From Eledone cirrhosa (lineage: Eukaryota): DNA of 64,000 nucleotides. Each line of letters opens with the position of its first letter. Positions within the stretch are counted from its first letter, which is position 1. The stretch is from positions 8,680,001 to 8,744,000 of the forward strand of contig OZ024742.1 of the NCBI GenBank assembly GCA_964016885.1. The letters are read 5' to 3'. Below, piece after piece: positions 58,246 through 64,000 of the stretch. The notes beneath the pieces were generated by a model. That model did not search any database. It saw nothing but the letters and a program-made list of their open reading frames with translations, and was not told the origin of the DNA. The position numbers and the translations under genes are program-made.

Positions 58246-59149
58246 TGCCACGCGGCATATTATTAGACAATGATGTATCACCCATTTTCATAGCTGAGTA
58301 CAAAAAGTGTTCCCTCCCTTGGTATATATAATTCATTTTAAAATCATTAAATATTTATTAGTTATGAAATAAATCTAAAAAAAAAATGATTTCGTGATTT
58401 CATAATATCTTATTGTCCCTGAATTATAATTCCTACCACGATTTCATAACTTTACATAAGTACGGATATTTTAGTATGTTAGTTTGTCAAGAATTGTAAG
58501 TTGAATATAATCTACTTCTGATATTTCAATGTTAATTTGTCTAGACAGTCATGTTAAAACACTGTCTACAATTGATACCATAATTTACTTTATCTAAGAT
58601 TTATTTGCATATCCCCCCCACCCCCATATATATATATATATATATACTTGTGCATAATGGTAGCTATGGTGCTTCCATAGGCGGTATGCCAAAATTAGCA
58701 CTCAATATTCAACAGATTAGAGTGTGTATAGTATAAAAAAACGAAAATCAGTGATGCATCTGGACTCAATTTATTGCGTGTTACCACAGTTTCGCCGGCA
58801 GGTAGCTTCAGACATGGTCCCTGTATGGATCTGGCTGATTCTACGGCTGAAGGTTCCTTCAGACACGAGTAGTTCGTTGGGAGCAAATTTTATCACTGGG
58901 GTGTTATCATCAAAAAACACCTTCAAAAATCCCCTTCCACTCTTGTCATGCCATTGGCTGTTGTTACTCCACGTCATCATAAGTTCTGGTCACTATTTAC
59001 TGCTACACGGGTCATCAGCCATTTTCCGTCCGACACACTTCAATGGAGTCATGCTGGGTTCGGTATCTCACACGTCTGTTCACACTCCAGAGTATGTACC
59101 CACACAAACATATACACACACACATATACACACACAGGCAGACACAGAC

Positions 59150-59530
59150 ACCTGCGTGCATACACATATGTACGCATACATGCCATGCGTAGACCCCCTC
59201 CCCACTCACATATATATATATATATATATACACACGCACAGACTCCCCCTCTCTTCCACAGACCCAGGGACACCCATTTCTAGGTTGTGCGTAGGTATGT
59301 GTACGCGCGTATGTGTGTGTATATGTGTTGGTTTGCGTGGGTCGTGCCTGTAGGACCGGATATATGGCGCGACTTAAGCAGGCGCTAATAGGCTTGTGGC
59401 GGTTAGTATCTAGAAGTGGGTGTCCCTGGGTCTGTGGAAGAGAGGGGGAGTGTATGCGTGTGTGTATATATATATATATGTGGGGGTGTGTGTGTCTACG
59501 CATGTATGCGTACATATGTCTATGCATGCA
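59150..59530. repeat. Inverted repeat, ~120-bp arms with a near-perfect ~35-bp core
   Basis: ctccccctctcttccacagacccagggacacccatttctag versus ctagaagtgggtgtccctgggtctgtggaagagagggggag. Confidence 0.8.
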
Positions 59531-61315
59531 GGTCGACCAAATCTCCCTTAATCGTGCGGAACAACCAACGGATTTTCAAATATTGGTCTTTCCCAATACT
59601 TACTTCTTCGGCAAATAAAACCATGGTTGGGAGATCGATATATAAGTGAGATTGGCTAAAATGTTTTGTGGATTAAATTTGAAGTATCAGTTGATATTGA
59701 CAGAAATAGAAAAATAAAAACAGAATAGACAGTAGATGGGTATCAGCTAAATGAACAGGTGCGTCTCTCAGAATGGAGTAAACTGTATCAACAAATTATG
59801 AAGGTATAAATTTATCAGTTAAGTTAGATGTTAATAAAGGGTCGCTACAAATATGTTGATGAAACCTAAGTCATATCCGTAGATATAAGGAGTTGTTATT
59901 GTTGTTTAGCCCCAGGTCAAACCTGGCCTTCTTGAACAAATCTCTGAGTTATGGCGTTCCTATCTAATGTTAAGACGGAGTTTGTTATTGATGGAATTTG
60001 AAGAAAGGGGATATTTCTAGATGATCATGTAAGGGTATAGTGGTCTCCTTCCTGTGTCTGTATGAGACTTGTAAGATCCCCAAGAAAAAATATCTAAAAT
60101 TGGATTCAAAATCTAATCTCAGGTAATGTGTCTGATTAGGAGATTCATTTTTAGCAGTTAACTCAATATATATAACGGAATAAATAAAACCATCCCTCAT
60201 TTTTTTAGAAGTATTTACGAACATGTTTTTATGAAAATTATGTTTTTCCTTCTACTCAAAATTTCAGGCAACAAACTTATGCTGTAAAAATATGCCTTAT
60301 TAATATCATGCTGTTCTACACACTAGTTTCTTATATATATACTCCTGTTGACTTACTTTCTTATTTTATACATGCCTGCTAATCCCATTCCATGTCTCCT
60401 TGTATCTGTTATATATGATTTCAGCCTTTTCAATTGTCAGTCATATTACTTACCAAAACCTAAAGCATATACTGATTTTATGTCGGTTCACTAATATATT
60501 TCAAATACAGCAACTGAAAGTAAAATTACAGGAAAGAACGTCTGAATTTATAGCATTGAAGACTTACAATATCTTTTGTCAGCATATGTCCAGACGAAGT
60601 CATGATCGATAAAACGTGTATATGTATAAGGAGATGCCGTCGTATACACTAGGAAAAATGGAGTGTCTCATGCACGTTAACAATTTACACCTCGGGGAAC
60701 ACATCAAAAAAGAAGAGAGGAAAATTGGTAATATGCAAAACATGGATAAGAGGAAATTGTTGCATAAAATCACTCATAAAACAAACATGGAGTGAAATAA
60801 TGGAAATTTGAATAAGAGACAACACGAGACAACTAAAATTGAATTTACAATTTCGTAAACAAACGAAAAACTGTTTAAATTGCATTTGCCGTTTTAAATA
60901 TTTTAGTTTTTTTCTCTTAAACCTTTGTTTTGATTATTGCTGATTATATTGATGATGATGATGATGATTCTTATAATATGGAGGTTTATTATTATTATTA
61001 TTTTTCTTTAAATATAACAATTTTTAGCCAATCAGGGCTCTTAAAATGGTGCTTGCTAAAATGAAAGTCAACCAGCGTAATAAACGAATGTACAAATATT
61101 TTCATATGCTAGCAAACTGTTTGTGAGTGCGAATGTGTGTGGGTATATTTGTGTGTGTGTGTGAGTGTGTGTCTGGGAATGTGTTTGTCTGTAGTGTGGT
61201 GTGTCTGTGAATGTGTTTGTCTGTACGTATGGTGTGTCTGTGAATGTGTGTATGTGTGAATGTCTGTTCGTGTGAATGGATGTGTGAATGTCTGTTCGTG
61301 TGAATGGATGTGTGA

Positions 61316-61384
<69 letters not shown>

Positions 61385-61497
61385 TGTGTGTGTGTGTGTG
61401 TGTTATTAGTCTTCTGTTTGTCTTCTCACAAATCTTTTACAATGAAATAAAGTATTCTTTTATCCATATAGTCATTTCTTTGAAAGAGAACTTTGAC

Positions 61498-61758
61498 GTC
61501 ATCAGCATCAATATCATCATCACCATCGTCATGATCATGATCATCACCACCATCATCATCATCATCATAACCATCATTATCATTATTGTCATCATCACTA
61601 TCATTATAACCATTGTCGTCGTCATCATCATCATCATAACCAACACCATCATAATCATCATCATCAACCTCCTCATCATTATGATCAACGCCGTCACCAC
61701 AACCGCCATCATCATCTTTAACACCGTCATCATCAATATCATAAACATTCTCATCATT
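61498..61758. repeat. Degenerate (CAT)n microsatellite
   Basis: Directly visible. Confidence 0.9.
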
Positions 61759-61759
61759 C

Positions 61760-62537
61760 GGTGGATTGGCAGTAATCGGTAGAGCGTCGGACAACATGCT
61801 TTACGGCATAGAGTAACGGCTCTTTACGTTCTGTGTTCAAATCCTGCCGAGGTTAACTTTGCCCTTCATCCATACGGGGGTCGATAACATAAATTACCAG
61901 TAACACACTGGGGTCGATTTAATCGAATTTCTCCCCAAAAATAATTTTAGACACCATCCCAACTCAACTTTGCCTTTCATCCTTCACAGATATCTTATAG
62001 TACCATTCAAATATTGCCTTCGATACAATGGGACCACTACACATACATACTCCTACAAAAAAACCTCAGGCCATGAACCTAAAATATAAACCATATTTGA
62101 CATGATACAAACTGTAGTATATTATTATGGTTTGGCAGTATCGGTAGAGCGTCAGATACCATGCTTTGCACCATAGTTATGGCCGTTTGCGTTCTGAGTT
62201 CAAATCCACCGAGGTTAACTTTGCCTTTCATCCTTACGAGGTCAATAAAATAAAGTACCAGTGATGCACTGGGGTAATAGCTGGCCTTGTGCCAAAAGTA
62301 GAAACTCTATTTTACAGTGGTGGATTGGCAGTATTGGTAGAGGGTCTGACGCCATGCTTTGCAGCAAAGAGTTACGGCCCTTTATGGTCTGAGTTCAAAT
62401 CCCGCCGAGGTTAACTTTGCCTTTCAGCCTTACGGGGTCGATAAAATAAAGTACCAGTCACGCATTGGGATCGATTTAATCGACTTTGCCCTCCCCCAAA
62501 ATTGCTGGCTTTGTGCCTATATAAGAAACCATTATTA
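61760..62537 (+). mobile_element. Cluster of three co-oriented SINE copies (61760-61945, 62130-62310, 62317-62537)
   Basis: Each has the A-box, the B-box gttcaaatcc and the conserved body. Confidence 0.85.
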
Positions 62538-63072
62538 GAATTCTTCATATTTTCATATTAAAACATACCAGAGAACTTTGCCATGTTTATTTTCATAGCT
62601 TATTCTATTTTTGACAAAATATAATACTGTCTATTTTCTTCGAATGTAAATTGCGCTGTCTACATTTACCATATTAACCGGAGGAAGGGATAAAGAGAAT
62701 TTTTCTTCATTTTTCTATTTAAAATCTTCCGCTTGTTTAACAATCAGTTTTCATGTTGAACTAGTCAGCGGCACAGTTGTCTAGCAACCGATATACGTGA
62801 GCTTCTGGCCTCCTCAGAAGTTGTTCATTAAAAGTTGTGAGTTGCAAAACCCAGACATATTTGGACTAAAATATGATTTTGTATATATTTCAATCCCTAG
62901 AATATTTTAATTTCAAATTCTACCAAAGAATACGATCGAGGATACAAGCGGACGAAATGGGGTGGCCCCGAATAGTTTTTGAAGTAATGTTACTCGATAG
63001 AGTGTGGAGCTCTAAGATCAGAGTCATTTCAGGTAGAAGAAGAAGAAGAAGAAGAAGAAGAAGAAGAAGAAG

Positions 63073-63104
<32 letters not shown>

Positions 63105-64000
63105 CTAAGGTAGATGAAATGGGCGCCACTGAACCGCTAAAATTATTTATTTGTACTTCTGCCAGAAATTATGTTAAAATTGTAGTTTAATATATTGTAT
63201 AACTAATGAATTACTATTTATTGTTTTGCTGTATGGTATAAATAATAATTCAGGCTTTATTATCAAACTCTTTCATATTATATCTTTTAAATTATCTCTT
63301 TCATTTCTATGTATTGTATTTATTCTGTTTCATCAGGCCCCAAGTATTCATATGAGTGTCCCATTTCCTTTATTACATTATTACTGCATCTAAACACTGG
63401 CATAATATATCGGTTTTATTTATTTGCCAAACTGAGGGATGGTGGTATGAGGGGTGAGGGGCTTTAGCATATTTTTCCAATCTGGTAGCCACGTATTGAT
63501 GACTTTATTTTCAGCATTTAGTAGATTTTTCAGTTATCTGTTTACCATTTATTGTCACATTTTAAGTCAAATATAGATAGGTGGTTTATAGTCTCTCCAC
63601 GGCATTTACAACCTTGCTGGTTTGGCTCAACAGATTTCTGCTTGCTTTCAGAGATAGGAAGACATTTTGATGAAAAATAAGCAATCTCTAAAAAAACTGC
63701 CCTTCCCAGGGCACCACAACTGATTTTAATGTTTTGTTCTTATATTTTTTTCTCATATTATTTTCAATTTGTTTATCATATTGTAAAAATCAATGTTTTC
63801 CAATGCGTTGTGACATGGTTGATATGCTGCCTTAATATTGCAGTTATTTCGATTATAGCCAATATCTCACCAATACATAACGGCACAGTAGGCTGCCGAA
63901 AGCTGCTCACCAATCAATCGATGCTAACTTGAAATTATTTTCTTACTATCTGTCATAATTGGTTGATTAACCAATAGTTGTGGCATATATCCATACACAA

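Overview
Gene-poor, AT-rich animal DNA, almost entirely repetitive. The microsatellite load and SINE types suggest an octopus or other cephalopod (inference only). I found no intact host gene: nearly all ORFs in the track are translated microsatellites. The window holds (i) large simple and minisatellite arrays; (ii) decayed retroelements: a Penelope-like GIY-YIG remnant, a CR1/L2-like 3' fragment, a near full-length R4/Dong-type RT+RLE pseudogene, RTE 3' ends with C2H2 fingers, and two short non-autonomous RTE-derived families in (TACA)n; (iii) tRNA-derived SINEs and a Helitron-like element. The main hidden signal is RNA-level. A 5.25 kb array of 17 near-identical 312-bp units (44101-49350) encodes one type I hammerhead ribozyme (HHR) per unit on the minus strand, like a retrozyme. 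About ten more HHR motifs of different design lie between 11.5 and 19 kb, mostly in large palindromes embedded in (TA)n. One RTE-derived copy carries a dense cluster of A-to-G changes (element sense strand) that looks like fossilised ADAR hyper-editing. All structures were folded by eye, and no activity is demonstrated.
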